Source of the DNA: Methanocellales archaeon
Lineage (GTDB): Archaea; Halobacteriota; JAWCLZ01
NCBI GenBank assembly: GCA_038850285.1
Contig: JAWCMA010000010.1
Span: forward strand, 1 to 42,776
DNA: 42,776 nt
Direction: 5' to 3'
Of the stretch, positions 35,301 to 42,776 are shown in pieces; the stretch's first letter is position 1, and each line of letters opens with the position of its first letter. Below the pieces are notes generated by a model, which saw only the letters and a list, made by a program, of their open reading frames with translations, was not told where the DNA came from and did no database searches. The position numbers and the translations under genes were made by a program.

Positions 35301-35689
35301 CTAAACCCTCCATGGAGAGCTATTCACTATACACAGTGGAGAAATAAAAAATCATCGGTGAGGGCACTTAAGCTACTGGTACTTTGCAGCGAAGTGAGTT
35401 TGTCTATGTCTATCAAAAGAAGAGTTCAGCAACGGAGAAGGAGTATCATATCTCGAGGAAATATACTATTTCATTTTCCAATGATTAACTGATGAGAATG
35501 GAATAATTCATTTCAAGAATATTTATAATATGAATATGAATAGTAGGGATTACTTCTACGCCCAAGCAATAGGTAAACGAGAAGATTCAGATAAAAGGGG
35601 AAAGAAATCAATGCAACTTTTGCTAGAATAGAATTTAAAATCAGCATTCTTATAAGGTCATAAGTTGATCTTCAAATCGAGGGATTTGA

Positions 35690-36094
35690 ATGATTAAAAA
35701 AATTGACCACATAGGAGTGGCGGTCAAAAGCATAGATGAAGTTGCAAAGATATATATAGACATGGGCCTAGAGGTTAAAGGTGTTGAAGTTGTGGAGCAG
35801 CAAAAAGTAAGAGTTGCATTCATCCCAGTTGGCGAGAGCAATATAGAACTCCTAGAAGCAACTTCACCAGATAGTGCCATTGCAAAATTCATCGAGCAAA
35901 GAGGAGAGGGGGTGCAGCATATCGCATTAAGCGTGGATAATATAGAGTTGGAACTAGCGAGGCTCAAAGCAAAGGGTATGCGTTTAATAGATGAAACTCC
36001 TAGAATAGGCGCCCACGGTGCAAAGATTGCTTTCCTTCATCCAAAGAGCACGCGGGGGGTTTTAATTGAGCTATGCGAGAAAGCAATTTCTTAA
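35690..36094 (+). CDS. mce: Methylmalonyl-CoA epimerase
   Basis: [52 protein letters not shown]. Confidence 0.93.
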   Translation: MIKKIDHIGVAVKSIDEVAKIYIDMGLEVKGVEVVEQQKVRVAFIPVGESNIELLEATSPDSAIAKFIEQRGEGVQHIALSVDNIELELARLKAKGMRLIDETPRIGAHGAKIAFLHPKSTRGVLIELCEKAIS

Positions 36095-36126
36095 TCCATA
36101 ATCCATAATCTAAATTCCAAATTCCG
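36092..36126. repeat. Degenerate 7-mer tandem starting at the mce stop codon
   Basis: TAATCCA TAATCCA TAATCTA AATTCCA AATTCCG. Confidence 0.7.
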
Positions 36127-36237
36127 ACGCTATTTATATGGCTTTATACCAACAGCTTCAGGATTTAGTGCTGGGCACTGAAGGGCACTGTGGAAGATTA
36201 GTGGAAGAGTATGAAATATGAAGGCCAAGATATTAAG

Positions 36238-36343
36238 CGCCGAGGGTGAGATTTGAACTCACGCGGTGCTATGCACCACCGGTTGACTTTGCTTATACAC
36301 AAGCACTCAAGACCGGCGCCGTAGTCCACTTGGCTACCTCGGC
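36238..36343 (-). tRNA. tRNA-Ser(TGA) with 21-nt intron at 37/38 (36285-36305); CCA not encoded
   Basis: Minus strand reads GCCGAGG...CCTCGGC-G. Anticodon stem CCGGT/ACCGG with loop CT-TGA-G|A. Long variable arm GGTGC/GCACC. T arm GTGAG-TTCAAAT-CTCAC. Intron hairpin GCTTG/TAAGC. Confidence 0.93.
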
Positions 36344-36445
36344 TTTGCTTATTTTATATGATTCTACATAAATATATTGATATTTCATTGCATAGGCGAA
36401 AAAGCTTATTAACTTTCATTCAATAGCTGAATTCGAGGAGTTTTA

Positions 36446-37342
36446 ATGGTCAGCGAGGATTTAATTAAAAGCACTGTGGTTAAGCTCTTGGAGCTCGGGG
36501 TGATAAAACTGCCTGAGGATGTGAAGAGAGCGCTTAAGCGTGCATATGAAGCTGAAGTTGAAGAGGTACCCAAGATGCAGCTTAAGTCGATTTTAGATAA
36601 CATAGAACTCGCAGAGGCAACGAATACACCTATGTGTCAAGATACAGGTATTCCTATATTCTACATCAATCTCCCCCCTGGAATAGGCAGCATTGAAAAG
36701 GCAATCATAGATGGCGTGAGAGAGGCAACTAAAACAATTCCCTTGCGTCCCAATGCAGTGCATCCTCTAACTAGGAAGAATCCGGGGGATAACGTTGGGG
36801 AGAAGTTGCCTTATATAAACTACAAACTCTGGGATAGAAATTACTTAGAAATTACGGTGCTCCCAAAAGGAGCTGGCTCTGAGAATTGGAGCTCGCTGGG
36901 CATGCTAACCCCTGCTCAAGGGATAAAAGGTATTAAGGAGTTTGCGCTTAATGCAGTGGTTAAAGCAGGGAGCAATCCCTGTCCTCCAATCATAATTGGC
37001 ATGGGAATAGGGGGTTCAGCGGATATAGCTATGAAACTTGCTAAGGAGGCGCTTCTCAGGCCGATTGATGTAAGGCATAGCGATAGACAAATCGCTGAAC
37101 TTGAGGAGGAGCTTTTCAATGCCATAAATGAATTGGGCATAGGCCCTATGGGACTAGGTGGAAAGACCACGCTACTTGGGGTTAACATTGAATATGCCTA
37201 CTGCCACACCGCTAGTCATCCTGTGGCGATCAACATTCAATGCTGGGCTGCAAGGAGGGCAAGTGCAAGGATATATCCAGATGGAGAGGTTGAATATTTA
37301 ACTCACAAGGAGGGGAAACATGGAGCTAAAACTCCCGCTTGA
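36446..37342 (+). CDS. Fe-S type (class I) fumarate hydratase / tartrate dehydratase family, alpha subunit
   Basis: PMCQDTG, PKGAGSEN, NPCPP, GIGPMGLGG, CHTAS, QCWAARR. Confidence 0.93.
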   Translation: MVSEDLIKSTVVKLLELGVIKLPEDVKRALKRAYEAEVEEVPKMQLKSILDNIELAEATNTPMCQDTGIPIFYINLPPGIGSIEKAIIDGVREATKTIPLRPNAVHPLTRKNPGDNVGEKLPYINYKLWDRNYLEITVLPKGAGSENWSSLGMLTPAQGIKGIKEFALNAVVKAGSNPCPPIIIGMGIGGSADIAMKLAKEALLRPIDVRHSDRQIAELEEELFNAINELGIGPMGLGGKTTLLGVNIEYAYCHTASHPVAINIQCWAARRASARIYPDGEVEYLTHKEGKHGAKTPA

Positions 37343-37913
37343 GGAGAAAGCAGTTAGAAGTTTAAAGCTTGGCGATATCGTATATCTCAACGGGGAATTT
37401 TACACCGCTAGGGATGAAGCACATATACACGCACTCTCGGACTATGAAAAGGGTAAAAAGCCGCCTGTGGATTTTAAAGGCTCTGCAATTTTCCACTGCG
37501 GGCCTATTGTTAGGAAAGCTCGTGAGAAGTGGGAGCTCGTTGCCGCTGGGCCTACTACTAGTTCAAGGATGAATGCACTGGAGCCTAGGTTTATTGAAAT
37601 TTTCAGGCCAAGTGCTATAATTGGCAAAGGAGGCATGAGCAGGCCAACGGTTGAAGCTATGCAGAGGTATGGATGTGTTTATCTGGCAATTACAGGGGGA
37701 GCTGCTGTACTTGCAGCGAGAGGCGTGAAGGAGGTGAAGGGCGTGCACTGGTTGGAGCTAGGCATGCCTGAGGCTCTCTGGATTTTAGAAGCGGAGCATT
37801 TTGGTCCTTTGATTGTTGCAATCGATAGCTACGGTAACAGTCTATATGAAAAGGTAAATAAAGCAGTGGAATTAAATCTCCCGAAGGTGAGGGAAAAACT
37901 GGGGCTGAAGTAA
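37320..37913 (+). CDS. Fe-S type (class I) fumarate hydratase / tartrate dehydratase family, beta subunit
   Basis: TARDEAH, HCGP, GPTTSSRM, IGKGGM, LGMPEA, D..GNSLY. Confidence 0.93.
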   Translation: MELKLPLEEKAVRSLKLGDIVYLNGEFYTARDEAHIHALSDYEKGKKPPVDFKGSAIFHCGPIVRKAREKWELVAAGPTTSSRMNALEPRFIEIFRPSAIIGKGGMSRPTVEAMQRYGCVYLAITGGAAVLAARGVKEVKGVHWLELGMPEALWILEAEHFGPLIVAIDSYGNSLYEKVNKAVELNLPKVREKLGLK

Positions 37914-37939
37914 CTATACTACTATACTACAGTAACTAA

Positions 37940-38815
37940 CTACACTATCAATCCATATTCCTTCATCAATTCCTCGGTTCTTTTTTTACTAATTCTCCTC
38001 GCCCTTGAAATCCACTCCATATATGGCTTGCTGAGTTTATGGAGACACCTTGCTTTGCCCATCAATGCATCGAAATTATCGCGATCCAAGCTAAGTACTT
38101 TATCATACATTGCAAGCGCTTCTTCAAAACGCATTTGAGAAATATACATTGAGGCTTTCTGCAGATAGGGCTTGGGATCGCTGGGGTCTAATTTAATGCA
38201 TTCATCGAAGCAAGCAATTGCTCTTGAAATTTCCCTAGCTTTTTGATGGAGTAAGCCTTTTTGATACCAAGCGATGTAGAGATTTGGATTCAAGCTTAAA
38301 ATTTTATTGTATTCTTCAATGGCTCGAATTGGCAAGCCCTCGCTTTCATATAGCTCTGCTTTTTTCTTAAAGATCCAGATCCTTTGCTCCGCGGTTTTGC
38401 CTTGAGTGGTATAACTATCATCTTCGAGGTTTAATTCTTGGGTTTCAAGCAGTTTAAGCTCTTCCTCTGTAATTTCATCTACTCTCTCCTGAGCCTCAAT
38501 GAAGCTTTGAAAGTATTTAAGGAGTTTTTCCTGTGCCTGCTCCTCTTTGTATATTCTATGAATAACATTGGCAACCTCATTAACTCCGGCTAGGATTTCC
38601 TGCATATTTATAACCTTGGCGAAGAACTGCTTCACCATTTCCCTGCTCTCCTCCAAGCTTAAACTCGTGGTAGAACCATAGGTGCCGAATAGGCTATCGC
38701 ATGTATAACTATAGAAAAGCTTTCCCTCTCGAAGATGTTGTTTGAGTTTAGTGTTAAAATTTTTATCTCGAATTAGAAGCGGGCTTATGTCTATTAAATG
38801 GATTTCATTGAGCAT
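37940..38815 (-). CDS. TPR-containing protein with unrecognised N-terminal domain
   Basis: Likely ATG at 38815. About four TPRs (AIEEYNKILSLNP, AWYQKG...FDECIKLDP, YDKVLSLD, ALMGKA). Confidence 0.82.
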   Translation of the reverse strand: MLNEIHLIDISPLLIRDKNFNTKLKQHLREGKLFYSYTCDSLFGTYGSTTSLSLEESREMVKQFFAKVINMQEILAGVNEVANVIHRIYKEEQAQEKLLKYFQSFIEAQERVDEITEEELKLLETQELNLEDDSYTTQGKTAEQRIWIFKKKAELYESEGLPIRAIEEYNKILSLNPNLYIAWYQKGLLHQKAREISRAIACFDECIKLDPSDPKPYLQKASMYISQMRFEEALAMYDKVLSLDRDNFDALMGKARCLHKLSKPYMEWISRARRISKKRTEELMKEYGLIV

Positions 38816-38916
38816 TTCGATGAAAATAATGTTTATCAACAATATTATGCTTTTGATTTTATTTTCACTCTCCTCTTTCAAAAAAGCTAAGGAGTGCTAT
38901 TCTAGAGAGAAAACCT

Positions 38917-40116
38917 ATGTTTGAATCCATTTTAAGCATAATAGAGCTAAATTTATATGTAAAAACACTGCTTAATTCTCAAGAACATCTCAAGGATCTC
39001 TGGGTGAGAGGTGAGGTTTCAAATTTTACCCAACATAGCTCTGGACATTGCTATTTCACTTTAAAAGATGAAAGCAGCCAGATCGCTTGCACGATGTTCA
39101 AAACCTATAGCATTCTACTTAAATTCAAATTAGAAGATGGATTAAAAGTTTTAGCGCGCGGCAGCTTAGATCTCTACCTCCCTAAAGGGCAGTATCAGCT
39201 TAATATTTTATATGCAGTCCCAGATGGACTAGGAACACTGCACCTCGCTTATGAGCAGCTTAAGAAAAAACTTGAGAAAGAAGGCTTTTTCAGCAGCTCT
39301 AGAAAACGCGTGCTTCCAAGATTTCCTGAAAAAATTGGCATAGCAACTTCGCCTGATGGAGAAGCACTTCGCGATATGCTAGCGGTTATAAATAGGCGAA
39401 ACCCTAATGTGGTTATTTACTTTGCATCCACAGTTGTTCAAGGAGAGGGAGCTGGAAAAAGTATTTCACACTCTATCGAATTGCTTAATTCAATTGAAGA
39501 TATCGATGTAATCATCGTTGGTAGAGGAGGGGGTTCAATTGAAGACTTATGGGCTTTTAATGAAGAAAGAGTTGCAAGAGCTATATATAACTCAAGAGTG
39601 CCAGTTATCTCAGCTATTGGCCACGAAGGGGATTTTACCATCGCTGATTTAGTCGCTGATTTTAGAGCGTCAACCCCCAGCGCTGCAGCTGAAATAGCTG
39701 TGCCGGATAGAAAAATGCTGCTCAATGAAATCGCTGTGATCGAGCACAAGCTATATAGCACTATGGAAATGACGCTTTACAAGCTGCTGCAGCTGCTCCG
39801 AAAAGAAGTTGATAAACTCGATCCAAAGTACTTGCAATTGAATCATTTCTATCAAAAGCGAGATGAACTTCTAGCTAGGCTTCAATTTTTAATTGAATAT
39901 CAAATCAAGAGGCAGAGCGAGAGAGTGCTTGCTTTCAATAATAATTTGCATGCTTTAAATCCACTTAAAATCCTAGAGCGAGGCTACTGCCTTGCATTGA
40001 GGGAGGGAACAATTATTAGGGCCCGCGGTGAGGTTAAATCTGGAGATCGCTTGAGAATCTTGGTGAGCGATGGAGAAATAATATGTCGAGTGGAGGAGGT
40101 AGCAAATGGCGTTTGA
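38917..40116 (+). CDS. xseA: Exodeoxyribonuclease VII large subunit
   Basis: WVRGEVSNF...SGHCYFTLKD, VQGEGA, VGRGGGSIEDLWAFNEE, SAIGHEGD, TPSAAAE, LERGY. Confidence 0.96.
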   Translation: MFESILSIIELNLYVKTLLNSQEHLKDLWVRGEVSNFTQHSSGHCYFTLKDESSQIACTMFKTYSILLKFKLEDGLKVLARGSLDLYLPKGQYQLNILYAVPDGLGTLHLAYEQLKKKLEKEGFFSSSRKRVLPRFPEKIGIATSPDGEALRDMLAVINRRNPNVVIYFASTVVQGEGAGKSISHSIELLNSIEDIDVIIVGRGGGSIEDLWAFNEERVARAIYNSRVPVISAIGHEGDFTIADLVADFRASTPSAAAEIAVPDRKMLLNEIAVIEHKLYSTMEMTLYKLLQLLRKEVDKLDPKYLQLNHFYQKRDELLARLQFLIEYQIKRQSERVLAFNNNLHALNPLKILERGYCLALREGTIIRARGEVKSGDRLRILVSDGEIICRVEEVANGV

Positions 40117-40336
40117 AATTCGGGAGTTAGAATTTGAAGAAGCGCTTAAAAGGCTCTCGGAAATCGTGAGGGAGCTTGAAAGCGGGGGCTTGAAGCTTGA
40201 GGAGGCTCTACATAAATTTGAAGAAGGCGTGGAGCTTGCCAACTTTTGCAGTAAAAAACTTAGCGAAGCAGAGCTAACCGTGAAACAGCTTGTGGAGCAA
40301 AAAGGCAAAGTGGAATTGCTGGACTGGAAGCCTTGA
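40106..40336 (+). CDS. xseB: Exodeoxyribonuclease VII small subunit
   Basis: FEEALKRLSEIVRELESG...LEEAL..FEEGV...C...L..AE. Overlaps xseA. Confidence 0.95.
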   Translation: MAFEIRELEFEEALKRLSEIVRELESGGLKLEEALHKFEEGVELANFCSKKLSEAELTVKQLVEQKGKVELLDWKP

Positions 40337-40371
40337 AGGGAGCCTTGAAGGGATAAAGCCCCTTGAAGAGG
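40329..40371. repeat. 12-mer tandem AGCCTTGAAGGG x2 plus a degenerate third copy, spanning the xseB stop
   Basis: Exact copies at 40329-40340 and 40341-40352, then AGCCCCTTGAAGAGG at 40357-40371. Confidence 0.8.
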
Positions 40372-40406
40372 TAAAAGCTATTACTCTTAAAAGTTTAAAT
40401 TAAAAT

Positions 40407-40985
40407 ATGCCGCGCAGAAAGAAGGATTTTTATTATTTTAAAGCAAAGGAAGAAGGCTATAGGTCAAGAGCTGCTTATAAGCTCAAGCGCATAAATGAGA
40501 GATTCAAGGTCATTAAAAAAGGCGATGTAGTGGTTGATCTAGGCGCTGCTCCAGGAGGCTGGCTTCAAGTCGCCAAGGAGATCTCAGGAGGCAGGGTGAT
40601 AGGCGTTGATCTTCAAGCAATAGAGCCCATGGAGGGAGTTGAAACTATAAGAGGAGACCTTAGAGCTCAAGCAACCATTAATGGAATAATGCAGATCGTG
40701 GAAAAAGTAGATACAGTGCTTTGCGATGCCTCCCCTGATCTCTCCGGCATTTGGAGTCTTGACCACGCTAGATCGATTGATCTAGCGAATGCAGCTCTTG
40801 AAGCAGCTAAGAAGCTACTGCGCTTGGGGGGGAACTTCGTGGTCAAGGTTTTCCAAGGGGATATGTATGAGGATTTTTTAAACACTGTTAAAAAAAATTT
40901 CACACAAGTGAGAGCTTATAAATCCGAGGCATCGAGAAAGGAGAGCGCCGAGATATACATAGTGGCAAAGGGATTCAAAGCTTAA
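40407..40985 (+). CDS. rlmE: 23S rRNA Um2552 2'-O-methyltransferase (RlmE/FtsJ)
   Basis: AKEEGYRSRAAYKL, DLGAAPGGW, D-A-SP, KVFQG, ASRKESAEIY. Confidence 0.96.
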   Translation: MPRRKKDFYYFKAKEEGYRSRAAYKLKRINERFKVIKKGDVVVDLGAAPGGWLQVAKEISGGRVIGVDLQAIEPMEGVETIRGDLRAQATINGIMQIVEKVDTVLCDASPDLSGIWSLDHARSIDLANAALEAAKKLLRLGGNFVVKVFQGDMYEDFLNTVKKNFTQVRAYKSEASRKESAEIYIVAKGFKA

Positions 40986-42130
40986 TTTGAAAATATTACT
41001 TGATAAATTGAATCAGATTTACTCATTAGCAAAATACCAAGAATTGAGGTGGTTAAGACAATCATCACTGTTAATGGATAGAGGGAATAATTTAATCCTG
41101 AGGCAATAGCTAAGCTCGCTAGAATTATTGAAAATTCCCCCCTCGGGATACTTCCATATCCGATGAAAAGCGCTTGTTTTTTCTCAAATCGAAGTACACG
41201 TGCAGAGAAATATCCCGAGGCAATTTTAGAGCATACAATCGCTGGTATAAAAACTGCGGCTATTCCTATAATTCCTACAAAAGTTGAAATATCTATCATC
41301 ATTCCAAAGGCAAAGAAGAACATGCAAGCGAATAAATCTCTAAGTGGCACAATTTTTTTCTCTATCCTCTCTACGTGTTTTGTTTCCGAGAAAGCCAATC
41401 CTAGGAAAAAAGCGCCTATTGCTTCAGACACTCCAATTCTCTGAGCAATTGCTGAGACCACAATCACTAGGCCAAAGAGAAATATTAAAAATAACTCATC
41501 AGACCTAATATCAATAATTCTATCCACAATATGATTATATTTCTTCGCCACTAGCAAGAAAATTAAACAAAATGCCACGGCTTTAAATATTGAGATTAAA
41601 ACTAAAAATTTCTCTCCTCCTGCGATTGCAATTCCAGAGATAAAAGCAAGAAAAATTGCTATGAAGATATCTTCAAAAACCATAATTGCTAAAATAATAT
41701 CAGTCTCAGGATAAATTATCCTCTTAAGATCGATAAGTGCCTTTGTCACAATACCTGAGCTACTCATATAAACTATACCCCCGAGGAATAAAGACTCAAG
41801 CAATGTGAAATTAAGCAACAAGCCTAAGATCAAGCCAAATGTAAAATTGATGGCTAGATCCAATAATCCAGCAATTTTCAAAGATTTTTTAGCGCCTAAT
41901 AGTCTTTTCAATGAGAACTCAAGTCCCAAGAAAAGCAAGAGCACTATAACACCAATTTCAGCTATGAAAATTATTATTTCAGAACTCGATATGATTTTCA
42001 ATCCATATGGACCAAAAAGCATTCCCACGAGGATAAAAGCTGGCACTACAGATTGCCTAGCATAATAAGCAATATATCCACCTATCGCGATGATTAAAAA
42101 TGCAAGGCCAATTTCTAAAATATCAACCAA
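40982..42130 (-). CDS. CPA2 cation:proton antiporter (KhtU/YhaU-like)
   Basis: GLEFS, SSSGIV.K, FEDI, GAFFLG, PLRDLF..FF, PRGEFS. About 12 TM segments. Confidence 0.9.
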   Translation of the reverse strand: MVDILEIGLAFLIIAIGGYIAYYARQSVVPAFILVGMLFGPYGLKIISSSEIIIFIAEIGVIVLLLFLGLEFSLKRLLGAKKSLKIAGLLDLAINFTFGLILGLLLNFTLLESLFLGGIVYMSSSGIVTKALIDLKRIIYPETDIILAIMVFEDIFIAIFLAFISGIAIAGGEKFLVLISIFKAVAFCLIFLLVAKKYNHIVDRIIDIRSDELFLIFLFGLVIVVSAIAQRIGVSEAIGAFFLGLAFSETKHVERIEKKIVPLRDLFACMFFFAFGMMIDISTFVGIIGIAAVFIPAIVCSKIASGYFSARVLRFEKKQALFIGYGSIPRGEFSIILASLAIASGLNYSLYPLTVMIVLTTSILGILLMSKSDSIYQVIFSN

Positions 42131-42137
42131 TTACATC

Positions 42138-42626
42138 TCACTCGCCCAAAATTTCTTTTTCAAACTTAAGATGCTGCTCTCGAGTGCCAATAGTAACCAA
42201 GGTATCTCCCTCTAGCAAAAGCGTTGAATAGGGATCTGGACTTGGAATGGTTTCCCTCCCTCTGAGTATTGCAATTATAGAAACACCTGTTCTCTTCCTT
42301 ATTTGCTTCTCAGCAATGGTGTGGCCAATACATTGATGCTTTTTCTCAAGCTTATACCACTCTATCTGAAGTCCCTTTAACTGGGTAATTAACTCTTCAC
42401 AAGGAATGGGTCTAAAGAACGCTCCCTCAAGTATTGCTCCCACTTTTCTAGCTTCTTCATCGCTAAAGGTTATTACAGAAGTAGGCTCTATAGAACGCTT
42501 TTCGTGGAAATAGACTTCCCTATTACCATTGAGATAAATCAAAATCACAACCCTGTCGCCCCTCTCTGTCTCCACTATATATTTACTCCCTACTCCTGGC
42601 AAATGAGCTTCTTGAATTACCGTCAT
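42138..42626 (-). CDS. K+/H+ antiporter regulatory subunit (KhtT/YhaT-like, TrkA-C/RCK_C)
   Basis: LPGVGSKY, DEEARKVGAIL, IRKRTGVSIIAI, GDTLVTIG. Lies directly upstream of the CPA2 gene. Confidence 0.9.
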   Translation of the reverse strand: MTVIQEAHLPGVGSKYIVETERGDRVVILIYLNGNREVYFHEKRSIEPTSVITFSDEEARKVGAILEGAFFRPIPCEELITQLKGLQIEWYKLEKKHQCIGHTIAEKQIRKRTGVSIIAILRGRETIPSPDPYSTLLLEGDTLVTIGTREQHLKFEKEILGE

Positions 42627-42776
42627 TAAAATCCACTCAATCTCTAATTTCTAATTATGAAGCATGGTGAATATTAGCTTTTAGTTTATTTTTTGTTATG
42701 TTTTAATGGTAACTTTTATGTGTGAAAAATTGTTTATTTATTTGTTGGTGGAGGGATGTTTGAATGTCTGAAGTGC

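Noticed and set aside
35280-35689. 70-aa ORF or C/D-box sRNA in the 390-bp rpa-mce spacer
   Set aside because: The ORF overlaps the rpa start on the opposite strand and has no motif. TGATGA at ~35490 has no CTGA D box at a suitable distance.
288-42065. Numerous 60-145 aa antisense or alternate-frame ORFs in the track (e.g. 288-611, 21039-21416, 29130-29564, 34456-34839)
   Set aside because: They are shadows of well-supported genes and carry no recognisable motifs.

Overview
Gene-dense chromosomal segment of a euryarchaeote, probably a Halobacteriota methanogen relative. Archaeal markers include archaeal-type LeuRS, archease-RtcB, DGGGP synthase, CobY, an RPA/RPA-associated pair, DUF2551-uppS, an FwdF/G-like polyferredoxin and two tRNAs with 37/38 introns. 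I identify about 45 CDS, tRNA-Thr(GGT) and tRNA-Ser(TGA), and several short intergenic tandem repeats. I see no mobile element, CRISPR array or rRNA. Most of it is housekeeping. Best candidates for something undescribed: (1) a translationally coupled KaiC-like gene plus a pseudo-KaiC fused to an MglA/CvnD-type small GTPase, with no Roadblock GAP nearby, upstream of stomatin-NfeD; (2) an overlapping MBL-hydrolase / DUF1989 / Qng1-like Fe-S glycosylase operon that could salvage or degrade a modified purine such as archaeosine; (3) a six-gene MoxR-VWA operon in which the BatA gene has an in-frame TGA where Trp is expected and MoxR appears to start at ATA, both correctable by A->G; (4) an RtcB with Glu at the normally conserved Asp65 position, in a genome whose two visible tRNA introns share the same G35.A defect in the BHB helix; (5) an HD phosphohydrolase directly after cobS-cobY. 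All family calls come from motif recognition by eye, and the functional ideas are hypotheses.
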